A DNA stretch of 32,000 nucleotides from Megasphaera elsdenii DSM 20460 (lineage in GTDB: Bacteria; Bacillota; Negativicutes; Veillonellales; Megasphaeraceae), in contig NZ_CP027570.1 of the NCBI RefSeq assembly GCF_003010495.1, positions 1,770,001 through 1,802,000 on the forward strand, given 5' to 3'. The position numbers were made by a program, and so were the translations under genes. A model generated the notes under the pieces. It was not told the DNA's origin and did not search any database. It saw only the letters and a list, made by a program, of their open reading frames with translations. Below, one piece after another: positions 25,901 through 32,000 of the stretch (positions within the stretch are counted from its first letter, which is position 1; every line of letters starts with the position of its first letter).

Positions 25901-26141
25901 CCGTCTCCGCCCGATCATCATGACGTCCCTGGCCTTCGTCGTCGGCTCTGTCCCGCTGGCCATCGCTACCGGCGCCGGTGCTGCGTCGCGAGTCACTATG
26001 GGGATTACCGTCGTTTTCGGTACGTCCATCGCCACCATCTTCGGTGTCTTCCTCATCCCCATGATGTTCATCATCGTAGAAACATTCGGACACAAACGCG
26101 TCCGTCCTAAACAAGAAGTCGGAAGACTGAAAGATATGTAG
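22989..26141 (+). CDS. RND family multidrug efflux permease (AcrB/HAE1-like)
   Basis: 1050 aa with the N-terminus MISKFFIDRPIFA. It shows the 12-TM, two-large-loop layout and the conserved LAIGLLVDDAIVVIE motif. It has a GTG start with a GGGAGG RBS. Confidence 0.95.
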   Translation: MISKFFIDRPIFAIVISLLISIFGLLAIATLPVAKYPQVTPPQVRVSATYIGANAEVVGTTVASVIERQLVGVDNLVNMESSTNDNGSYSMTVQFKSGSDGDMDTVNTQNRVSQVQSTLPSEVTQTGVTVQKSTSSMAMVFALVSPNGSYDATFMKNYATQYFMDELKSVPGIGDVQEFGSDYAMRIWLNPMKMSILKITPTDVISAISAQNKQAAVGTIGSQPSPNNQTYQYTMRTDGRLQTAEQFKNVIIRTNPDGTMVRVGDIADVSLGSKDYSVTSDLGGGKAAGFMISLTADANAMQSVSGARKVLEKAKASFPSDLDYKVVYDSTTFVTASIHEVIETFIEALLLVALIVYLFLQSGRSTLIPLIAVPVSLLGTFACFKVLDFSINTLTLFAMVLAIGLLVDDAIVVIEAVEYEIKYNARSPREATIIAMQNVQNPVIGVACVLAAVFVPVGFISGMSGILYRQFALTIAVSVLISAFVALTLTPAMCASILNVHKPNDNPKGIYKFFQKFNDAFDRLIAWYGLRLAHLQLHLKWCVAFLVIISALTAGVFKVMPTGFVPSEDNAFVMMNVTLPEGISQTETKQVSEKISNWLEQQPGVTNVMNVVGFSILANGPKSNGSTSFIGMSDWDQRKDKSLSVDALVGKIMAMGNQIPQATVIAMNPPPIDGMGTSSGFTMQLENRGSHTTAELSATAQKFIAAARKRPEIGSVYTAFAADTPGYQLDIDRDKVAKEGVSLSDLYSTLQSFYGSYQVNDFTMFGRNFKVVVQAAPEFRETIDANNHIYVRNSANQLVPVANFVRPKAIGSASILNRFNDYPAIKIQGAPANGYSSGDALKALEEVAKDTLGEGYAYEWSGMSREEIEAGNKTVYVFALAILFVFLVLAALYESWKVPFAVMFSLPAGVFGASVFAYLMNQQNNLYFQIGLLAVIGLAAKNAILIIEYAKVRVDERGMDPVSAAIEAAKIRLRPIIMTSLAFVVGSVPLAIATGAGAASRVTMGITVVFGTSIATIFGVFLIPMMFIIVETFGHKRVRPKQEVGRLKDM

Positions 26142-26144
26142 TGA

Positions 26145-26180
26145 AAAAGGGGCTGTCGCCTTAAGCGACAAGCCCCTTTT
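26145..26180 (+). terminator. Intrinsic terminator of the efflux operon
   Basis: AAAAGGGGCTGTCGC pairs with GCGACAAGCCCCTTTT with one bulged A and a CTTAA loop. A T-run ends at 26180. Confidence 0.8.
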
Positions 26181-26334
26181 GTGGTTCGTTTGTCGTGGGT
26201 CGTTCATCGAAGCGGACGCAGTCCGCGAGCTGTAGGGGCCGCCTTAATCGGCGGCCCGTGCGAATCCTGTGTACAGCCTTATTCTTTGGATTTGGGTGAA
26301 TCTTTCGAACCACGGCAAACGCCAAACGAACCAC
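26181..26334. repeat. Copy C (full-length, 154 bp) of the heptad-arm palindromic intergenic element
   Basis: The left arm is GTGGTTC GTTTGTC GTGGGTC GTTCATC (26181-26208). The core holds two perfect hairpins: GCGGAC/GTCCGC (26212-26226) and GGGCCGCC/GGCGGCCC (26236-26257). The right arm is GAACCAC GGCAAAC GCCAAAC GAACCAC (26307-26334). The element exactly fills the gap between two convergent terminators. Confidence 0.8.
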
Positions 26335-26335
26335 G

Positions 26336-26372
26336 AAAAAACGCCTGCTGCAGAAACAGCAGGCGTTTTTTT
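26336..26372 (-). terminator. Intrinsic terminator of nadE, bidirectional in shape
   Basis: CGCCTGCTG (26342-26350) pairs perfectly with CAGCAGGCG (26357-26365). The stem is flanked by an A-run (26336-26341) and a T-run (26366-26372), and the T-run overlaps the nadE stop codon. Confidence 0.8.
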
Positions 26373-28275
26373 ACGCTTCATTTGCCAAAAGGCGTTCTTT
26401 CATTTCCAGGTAGCGCGTCGTGTAGTACGGTGTCAGCTGGGATTCGCGCAGGTCGTTGCCGAAGGGGCGGCGGCTGATGGAGAGGATAGGGGGGCTCTGG
26501 ATGCGCTTGGCGACGGCGAAGCCGGCGATGAGGCGCCACCACCGTTCCAGGTCGTCGATGAAGGCTTTGGCCGTCGGGAAGAGCTGATGGACGTCGACGG
26601 AGCAGCCGATGTTCTTTTCCAGGGTACCGTCGATGTACCATTCGAGAATCGATTCTGGTGTCGCCCGCTGCCAGCGTTCGACGAAGGCGGCGAAGAGGTA
26701 ATCGTGATAGGGATAGATGATCGGGTCGCCCTGGCCTTTGGTGATATCCTGTTTGTCCGACAGTTCGGCACTGGGGACGATGTCGATGCTGCCTTGCGGG
26801 ACGACTTCGCGGTGGAAGACGGTTTCATTGAGATAGCGGGCTAGGTCGTAGACCTGATGCTTCCACAAGTCTGCCGTGGCAGCCAGGTAGCCGGCGCTGT
26901 CGCCGTAAAGGGTCGCATAGCCGACGGACAGTTCGGCTTTATTGGCATTGCACGTGAAGACGCCGCCGAACGCGGCAGCGGCTGCGGCCAGGATACGGCT
27001 GGATCGGTCGCGGGCCTGGATGTTTTCTTCGATGAAGCTCGTCAGTTCCAGCTGCCCCTTGTCCTGGCCGCCCTGGCTGAGCTTTGCCTGGCTGAACTGG
27101 CTCCGCGTCAGTTCCAGGCTGTCCTGGACGGGGACGACCGTATACAGGCAGCCGATGTTGTCGGCCAGTTCCTTGGCCAGGCTCTTGGTCATGTCCGAGT
27201 TGTAGCAGCTGGGCATGTTGACCAGGAGGATGTTTTCCGGCGGCAGGACCGTCGCATAGAGGGCGGCGTTGACCGCCGAGTCGATGCCGCCAGAGACGCC
27301 GAGGACGACTTTGTGGACGCCAATGGCATCCATGAAGGATTTCAGGCCGTAGTGCAGGCTGGCGTAGATGTCATCGATCTGGCTCTTTTCCGGCTGCAAG
27401 TGGGCCGGCGAGACGAAGCGCTGCGTCGTTTCATCGAAATCGACGATGGTCATTTCTTCAGTGAACGGCGTACATTCGACGTGCTGCGAGCCATCTTTCT
27501 GGTAGGTGCTGCTGGCGCCGTCGAAAGTGTAGATATTCTTGCCGTTGTTCTGGATGCCCGTGCAGTTGACGTAGATGGCCGGGCAGTGGACCTTGTCGAT
27601 GGCCTGGCCGAACAGGCGGTGGCGGCGCTGGGTCTTGCCCAGGGTGAAGGGCGAGTTGGAAATGTTGATGAACATATCGATGTCGTACATTTTCCCTAAA
27701 TAGCTCATGGGCTTGAAGGGATAATTTTCATCCCAGCTGTCTTCGCAGATGAGAGGGCCCATGCGGAATTTCCGGCCGTCGTCGAAGGCAATCTGGACGG
27801 GCGACAGGAAGTCTTCTGGGAAGGCGTGGCGTTCCTGGGCGACTTCGATGAGCGATGTGAAGTAGCGGATGTCGCTAAATTCCCGGTAATTGGGCAGGAG
27901 CGTCTTGATGTAGAAGGGGTAAGGCGAACGGGCCGGCGAAATCCAGCGGCCATTATAGGCGATGAACATGGCGTTGTATTTCCGCGTCCGGCCGTCGAGG
28001 TTGACCCGGTCCGTTTCTTTGGCAACGTTGCCGAAGATGATGGCTATGCCATCCGACAAGGCTTTGATTTCTTCGCCGAAGCGGGCGCAGTCGTCGATAT
28101 AGTCGGGCTGGTCCCAAATGTCACCGATGAGGTAGCCCGGGATGGCGAGTTCCGGGAAGACGATGAGGTCGCAGCCGGCGGCTTTGGCCTTGGCAATGAA
28201 GTCTTTCATGACGGCCGTGTTCTGCCGTGGATTGCCAGGGTGGACGTTTGTCTGGGCAAGTGCTATTTTAAACAA
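26371..28275 (-). CDS. nadE: Glutamine-dependent NAD+ synthetase (CN-hydrolase domain plus NAD synthase domain)
   Basis: 634 aa. The N-terminal nitrilase-like domain has FPELAIPGY and LICEDSWD (Glu and Cys of the catalytic triad). The C-terminal PP-loop is VLGVSGGIDSAV. The start is TTG, with GGAGG 7 nt upstream. Confidence 0.93.
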   Translation of the reverse strand: MFKIALAQTNVHPGNPRQNTAVMKDFIAKAKAAGCDLIVFPELAIPGYLIGDIWDQPDYIDDCARFGEEIKALSDGIAIIFGNVAKETDRVNLDGRTRKYNAMFIAYNGRWISPARSPYPFYIKTLLPNYREFSDIRYFTSLIEVAQERHAFPEDFLSPVQIAFDDGRKFRMGPLICEDSWDENYPFKPMSYLGKMYDIDMFINISNSPFTLGKTQRRHRLFGQAIDKVHCPAIYVNCTGIQNNGKNIYTFDGASSTYQKDGSQHVECTPFTEEMTIVDFDETTQRFVSPAHLQPEKSQIDDIYASLHYGLKSFMDAIGVHKVVLGVSGGIDSAVNAALYATVLPPENILLVNMPSCYNSDMTKSLAKELADNIGCLYTVVPVQDSLELTRSQFSQAKLSQGGQDKGQLELTSFIEENIQARDRSSRILAAAAAAFGGVFTCNANKAELSVGYATLYGDSAGYLAATADLWKHQVYDLARYLNETVFHREVVPQGSIDIVPSAELSDKQDITKGQGDPIIYPYHDYLFAAFVERWQRATPESILEWYIDGTLEKNIGCSVDVHQLFPTAKAFIDDLERWWRLIAGFAVAKRIQSPPILSISRRPFGNDLRESQLTPYYTTRYLEMKERLLANEA

Positions 28276-28440
28276 GGAAAAGCCTCCTTTTCATAGGGGA
28301 AAATCTATATACTATCTCATCTTATCATAAAAAGGGGCCGGCGAAAAGGCTGTCCCCGGCCAGGGGCGGAAAAGACATGACAGAACGCCGTCCTTGCGGT
28401 ATACTTATATATACATATAACAATTCAAAGAAGGTCTTCC

Positions 28441-30192
28441 ATGAACACACTGCTTACTATCCTGAATTCCAAATTCATCCAATCGTCCCTGGCCCTGCGC
28501 TGTTTATCGACGGCCTGCGAACACCAGGGCGTCGACGTGGCTGTGGCTGAATACACGATCAATCAGAATGTCTATGACATCCTGCGCCACATCGCGTCTT
28601 TTCGGGCTGATGCCATCGGCTTTTCCTGCTACATCTGGAATATCGACATGACCTGCCATCTCATCGACTTGGTGAAACAGGTCTTCCCGGACACGAAAAT
28701 CTTCGTCGGCGGCCCGGAAGTATCCTATACGGCCCGGCAGATCCTGGAAGACTACGAACACATCGACTATGTCCTCCAGGGGGAAGGGGAAGACATGGTG
28801 CCGGCCTTCCTGAAATCCCTGGCCGCCGGCCGCGACGGGACGGAAGTGCCCGGCGTCCTGGGCCGCGTCCACGGCGTCATCCAAGGCGATGAAACCTTCC
28901 AGGAAGTGGAAGACCTGGACAGCCTGCCTTTCCCTTATGAACACCAGGATTTCCGCGAACTGGACCACCGCATCATGTACTATGAAAGTTCCCGGGGCTG
29001 CCCCTTCCACTGCCAGTACTGCCTGTCCGGCATGAACGACCGCGTCCGTTTCCGCTCAGTCCCGCTGGTCCTGAAGGAACTGCAGGCCTTCGTCGATGCC
29101 GGCGTCCATCAGGTCAAGTTCGTCGACCGCACCTTTAACTGCAGTCCCGCTCATCATCGGCCCCTCATCGAATACATGATCGGCGTCGATAAGCCCATCA
29201 ATTTCCACTTGGAAATCGAGCCCGGCGTCCTCACCGATGACGATATCGATCTCCTGGCCCGGGCGCCGAAAGGACGGATTCAGCTGGAAATGGGCATCCA
29301 GACGACATATGAGCCGACGCTTCAGGCCATCCACCGCCATAATGACTGGCCGCGCATTACGCACATCATGGAACGCCTCGTCGCTTTGGGGACGATGCAC
29401 CTCCATCTGGACCTCATCGTCGGCCTGCCTTATGAAGACTACGACCATCTGCGCCAGTCCTTCAACGATATCTATGCCCTCCGTCCGCACAAGCTGCAGA
29501 TTGGCTTCTTGAAGCTCCTCAAGGGCTCCGGCATCCGCCGCGACTATCCCGGCGATTACCGCTATGATCCCCAGGGGCCGTATGAAGTCCTGGCGACGAC
29601 GTGGCTGCCTTATGAAAAAGTAGCTTATCTGAAGGTCCTGGAAGACGTCTTTGAACGGACCTATAACTCCGGGAAATTCACATATCTTTTCAACTGGCTC
29701 GGCCGCCTCTTTGCACCGGATTATATGAAACTCTACGAAGCCTTGACAGGGGAGTGGCTCGTCCTGCATAATGACCAAAAGGCCTTGTCTGATGAGTCCT
29801 TATGTCATTTCCTCTGCCACTGCCTTGAAGAAGTCCTGCCGCTGACGGCAGACCAGAAGGCGTTGGCCAAAGAACTGCTGGCCCTGGATATGCTGACCTT
29901 TTTCCGCTTCCGCCTCCAGGCCGGCTTCCTCGGCTGGAGCGAAGCGCCGCGCAGTGAGACCGACGCCATCTTCCGCGACGAAGCCTGGCTGCAGACCTAT
30001 GCGAAAGACTATCGTTTTACCAACTGGCGCGATATCAAGATGCGCTATCGCATCTGGCCGGCCAGCCCGGCCCTGAAGGCCGAATTGAGCCGCTATGGAG
30101 CCGTGCCCGCAGACGATGCCTATGTATTGGCAGAAAAGAAGAAAGACCGGGCCGATTGGTGCCTTATCCCGGTCAAAGGAGAATCATTGTGA
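28441..30192 (+). CDS. B12-binding-domain radical SAM protein (DUF4080-type C-terminus), function unknown
   Basis: 583 aa. The N-terminal region resembles a cobalamin-binding domain (LNSKFIQSSLALRCL...IGFSCYIWN...FVGGPE). The radical SAM motif is GCPFHCQYC (CxxxCxxC). A long C-terminal extension follows. The DUF4080 assignment is from memory of this architecture. Confidence 0.8.
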   Translation: MNTLLTILNSKFIQSSLALRCLSTACEHQGVDVAVAEYTINQNVYDILRHIASFRADAIGFSCYIWNIDMTCHLIDLVKQVFPDTKIFVGGPEVSYTARQILEDYEHIDYVLQGEGEDMVPAFLKSLAAGRDGTEVPGVLGRVHGVIQGDETFQEVEDLDSLPFPYEHQDFRELDHRIMYYESSRGCPFHCQYCLSGMNDRVRFRSVPLVLKELQAFVDAGVHQVKFVDRTFNCSPAHHRPLIEYMIGVDKPINFHLEIEPGVLTDDDIDLLARAPKGRIQLEMGIQTTYEPTLQAIHRHNDWPRITHIMERLVALGTMHLHLDLIVGLPYEDYDHLRQSFNDIYALRPHKLQIGFLKLLKGSGIRRDYPGDYRYDPQGPYEVLATTWLPYEKVAYLKVLEDVFERTYNSGKFTYLFNWLGRLFAPDYMKLYEALTGEWLVLHNDQKALSDESLCHFLCHCLEEVLPLTADQKALAKELLALDMLTFFRFRLQAGFLGWSEAPRSETDAIFRDEAWLQTYAKDYRFTNWRDIKMRYRIWPASPALKAELSRYGAVPADDAYVLAEKKKDRADWCLIPVKGESL

Positions 30193-31139
30193 ACGAACGC
30201 TATCGCGTCTATTCGACGTATTTAAAAGAGACTTATGGCGAAAAAGTCTATAAACTGCCTATCAGCATCCCCGATACCTGTCCCAACCGCGACGGGACCC
30301 TGGGCGTCCGGGGCTGTGCCTTCTGCGGCTCTATCGGCGCCGGGTATGAAAACCTGCCGGCGACGGTGACCATTGGCCAGCAGATTGAACAGAACATGGC
30401 CCACATCAAGCCGAAATACAAGGCCAACAAGTTCATCGCTTATTTCCAGAATTTCACCAACACCTATTTGCCGCCGGACCGTTTCCGGGATTACCTCGTC
30501 GCCGCCTGCCAGCCCGATATCGTCGCCTTGGCCGTAGCGACCCGGCCGGACTGCCTCAATAGGACCTATCTGGATATCATGGCCGATATCAAAGAAAAGT
30601 ACGGCGTCGATATCCTCGTCGAGCTGGGCTTGCAGACCGTAAACTATAAGACCTTGGTCAAAATCAACCGCGGTCATACTGTCGCGGAATACATCGATGC
30701 CATGATCATGCTCCGGGCCTATCCCTTCCGGACCTGTACGCACGTTATCCTCGACCTGCCATGGGACACGATGGAAGATACCATCGAAACGGCCAAAATC
30801 ATCGCTGCCCTCGGTTCCGACGAAGTCAAACTCCACGCCCTGTACATCATCAAGCACACGGCCATGGCCGAATGGTACGCCCAAGGGGATATCAAGCTCT
30901 GGACCTGCGAAGAATATGTCCGCCGCGTCGTGGCCTTCCTCGAATACAGCCGGCCCGATACGGTCTTCCAGCGCCTCATCGGCCGGGCGCCGAAAGAAGC
31001 GACGGATTTCGCCAACTGGGGCATGGGCTGGTGGCGCATCCGCGACATGATCGACGAAGAACTGGAAAGACGGGACACCCGGCAGGGAGCCCGCTGTGAC
31101 TACCTGCACGGCAAAGCCGTCCGTAAATTCATGACATAA
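30189..31139 (+). CDS. TIGR01212-family radical SAM protein (YhcC/YtqA-like), function unknown
   Basis: The N-terminal CPNRDGTLGVRGCAFCG cluster motif is typical of this family. GTG 30189 lies 6 nt after AAGGAGA (30176-30182) and overlaps the upstream stop in a GTGA arrangement. The ATG 30156 given by the track would add 11 residues that fall inside the upstream gene. Confidence 0.82.
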   Translation: MNERYRVYSTYLKETYGEKVYKLPISIPDTCPNRDGTLGVRGCAFCGSIGAGYENLPATVTIGQQIEQNMAHIKPKYKANKFIAYFQNFTNTYLPPDRFRDYLVAACQPDIVALAVATRPDCLNRTYLDIMADIKEKYGVDILVELGLQTVNYKTLVKINRGHTVAEYIDAMIMLRAYPFRTCTHVILDLPWDTMEDTIETAKIIAALGSDEVKLHALYIIKHTAMAEWYAQGDIKLWTCEEYVRRVVAFLEYSRPDTVFQRLIGRAPKEATDFANWGMGWWRIRDMIDEELERRDTRQGARCDYLHGKAVRKFMT

Positions 31140-31153
31140 AGGAGCATCTCATT

Positions 31154-32000
31154 TTGGTAGAAAAGAAACTGCAATTTTCCGATTTGCGTGAAGCCCGGGC
31201 CGTCCTGGGCATGAAAGATGAATTTCTCAAGACGATGCAGCGCGAATTTCCGGACTGCCGTATTGCCGTCCGCGGTGATACGGCCATGATTGTCGGCAGC
31301 GAACAGGATGTGGCCTGCGTGACCGAAGTCTTCCGCGTCCTGCGCTACTTATTCCGGGAAAATACGTACTTGACGACGCAGCACGTCCGCTATTCGGCCA
31401 GACTCATCAAAGAAGGGCAGTCAGAGGCCCTGCACAACCTTTATGAAGACACTGTCGGCATTTCTGCCCGGGGCCGTCTCATCAAACCCAAGACGCTGGG
31501 CCAGAAGCGCTACGTCGATTCCATCCGCAAGAACCTGGTCACTTTCGGCATCGGGCCGGCCGGGACGGGCAAGACCTATCTGGCCGTGACCCTGGCGGCT
31601 TTTTACTTGAAGAACCGCGAAGTTGAACGGATCATCCTCACCCGGCCGGCTGTCGAGGCCGGGGAAAAGCTGGGCTTCCTGCCCGGGGACTTACAGGAAA
31701 AGATCGATCCCTACCTGCGCCCCTTGTACGATGCCCTGGCCGATATGTTCGGCTACGACCAGTTCCAGAAGATGATCGACCGCAACATCATCGAAGTCGC
31801 GCCGCTCGCTTACATGCGCGGCCGGACTCTGGAAGAGTCGTTCATCATCCTCGATGAAGCCCAGAACACGACGCGGGAACAGATGAAGATGTTCCTCACC
31901 CGTATGGGCAACCACTCGCGGGTTGTCGTCAACGGCGACGCCACGCAGATCGACCTCGTCGACCGGCGCATGTCGGGTCTGACCGAAGCCGAAAAGATAC
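31154..32000 (+). CDS. phoH: PhoH-like ATPase, 3' end outside the window
   Basis: This ORF is absent from the track because it has no stop in the window. I translated it by eye from TTG 31154, with the RBS AAAGGAG at 31138-31144. It has Walker A GIGPAGTGKTYLAV, then LGFLPGD, Walker B IILDEAQNTT, and VVNGDATQIDL. Confidence 0.88.
   Translation, partial: MVEKKLQFSDLREARAVLGMKDEFLKTMQREFPDCRIAVRGDTAMIVGSEQDVACVTEVFRVLRYLFRENTYLTTQHVRYSARLIKEGQSEALHNLYEDTVGISARGRLIKPKTLGQKRYVDSIRKNLVTFGIGPAGTGKTYLAVTLAAFYLKNREVERIILTRPAVEAGEKLGFLPGDLQEKIDPYLRPLYDALADMFGYDQFQKMIDRNIIEVAPLAYMRGRTLEESFIILDEAQNTTREQMKMFLTRMGNHSRVVVNGDATQIDLVDRRMSGLTEAEKI

Noticed and set aside
26300-26334. A tRNA-like GGTTCGAA (T-arm-like) string appears on the reverse complement of the repeat arms.
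   Set aside because: No acceptor stem, D-arm or anticodon arm can be drawn around it. The motif is simply the junction of a heptad with the spacer.
26181-26844. Plus-strand ORFs 26181-26477 (98 aa) and 26269-26844 (191 aa).
   Set aside because: They start inside the repeat element, cross a perfect terminator hairpin and then run antisense to nadE. The products are Arg/Gly/Ala-rich low complexity.
28276-28440. Hairpin GGCCGG...CCGGCC (about 28336-28366) in the nadE/radical SAM divergent region, considered as a fifth copy of the repeat family.
   Set aside because: It has no heptad arms and no match to the GTAGGGGCCG...GGCGGCCCG core. It is probably just promoter-region structure.
19655-31109. 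Other long antisense ORFs: 19655-20500 (thiM), 21133-21708 (tetR), 21771-22907 (MFP), 24687-26207 (RND), 26857-27699 and 27826-28296 (nadE), 29056-29778 and 30222-31109 (radical SAM genes).
   Set aside because: The same explanation applies. In addition, the 24687-26207 ORF runs through the efflux-operon terminator and into the repeat element, which is implausible for a real gene.
1-32000. Defence islands, prophage or mobile elements, and biosynthetic clusters across the whole window.
   Set aside because: Every ORF longer than 150 aa on its coding strand has a clear housekeeping, transport or metabolic assignment, apart from the two radical SAM genes. No integrase, transposase, restriction-modification, Cas, abortive-infection-type or toxin-antitoxin signatures were seen.

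Overview
This window is mostly conserved housekeeping and central-metabolism DNA from a Negativicute, most likely Megasphaera. From memory, the 383-aa acyl-CoA dehydrogenase at 6363-7514 and the adjacent etfB/etfA genes match the M. elsdenii butyryl-CoA dehydrogenase/Etf system. No search was run to confirm this.

Gene order: lgt(-), secreted GH18 hydrolase, leuS, Nudix CoA pyrophosphatase, bcd-etfB-etfA, Thr T-box leader plus thrS, rbgA-rnhB, corA-like(-), smc-ftsY-yhcH family-thiM-thiW, tetR-MFP-RND efflux operon, glutamine-dependent nadE(-), two overlapping radical SAM genes, and phoH (runs off the window).

I found no integrase, transposase, CRISPR array, toxin-antitoxin pair or recognisable defence module, and no rRNA or tRNA genes.

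The most interesting unexplained signal is an unannotated family of palindromic intergenic elements. Their arms are tandem 7-nt units (GTGGTTC/GTTTGNC type). Four copies are present (1-67, 9490-9558, 11831-11873, 26181-26334), three abutting intrinsic terminators and the fourth (1-67) cut by the window edge.

Secondary points:
- A translationally coupled pair of uncharacterised radical SAM genes.
- Thiamine salvage genes fused to the smc-ftsY operon with no room for a TPP riboswitch.
- Candidate Rex operators at the bcd promoter.
- A GH18 enzyme with a roughly 110-aa basic insertion.
- A CorA-family protein with GIN in place of GMN.

The many long antisense ORFs in the track are codon-aligned shadows of the real genes and are rejected.
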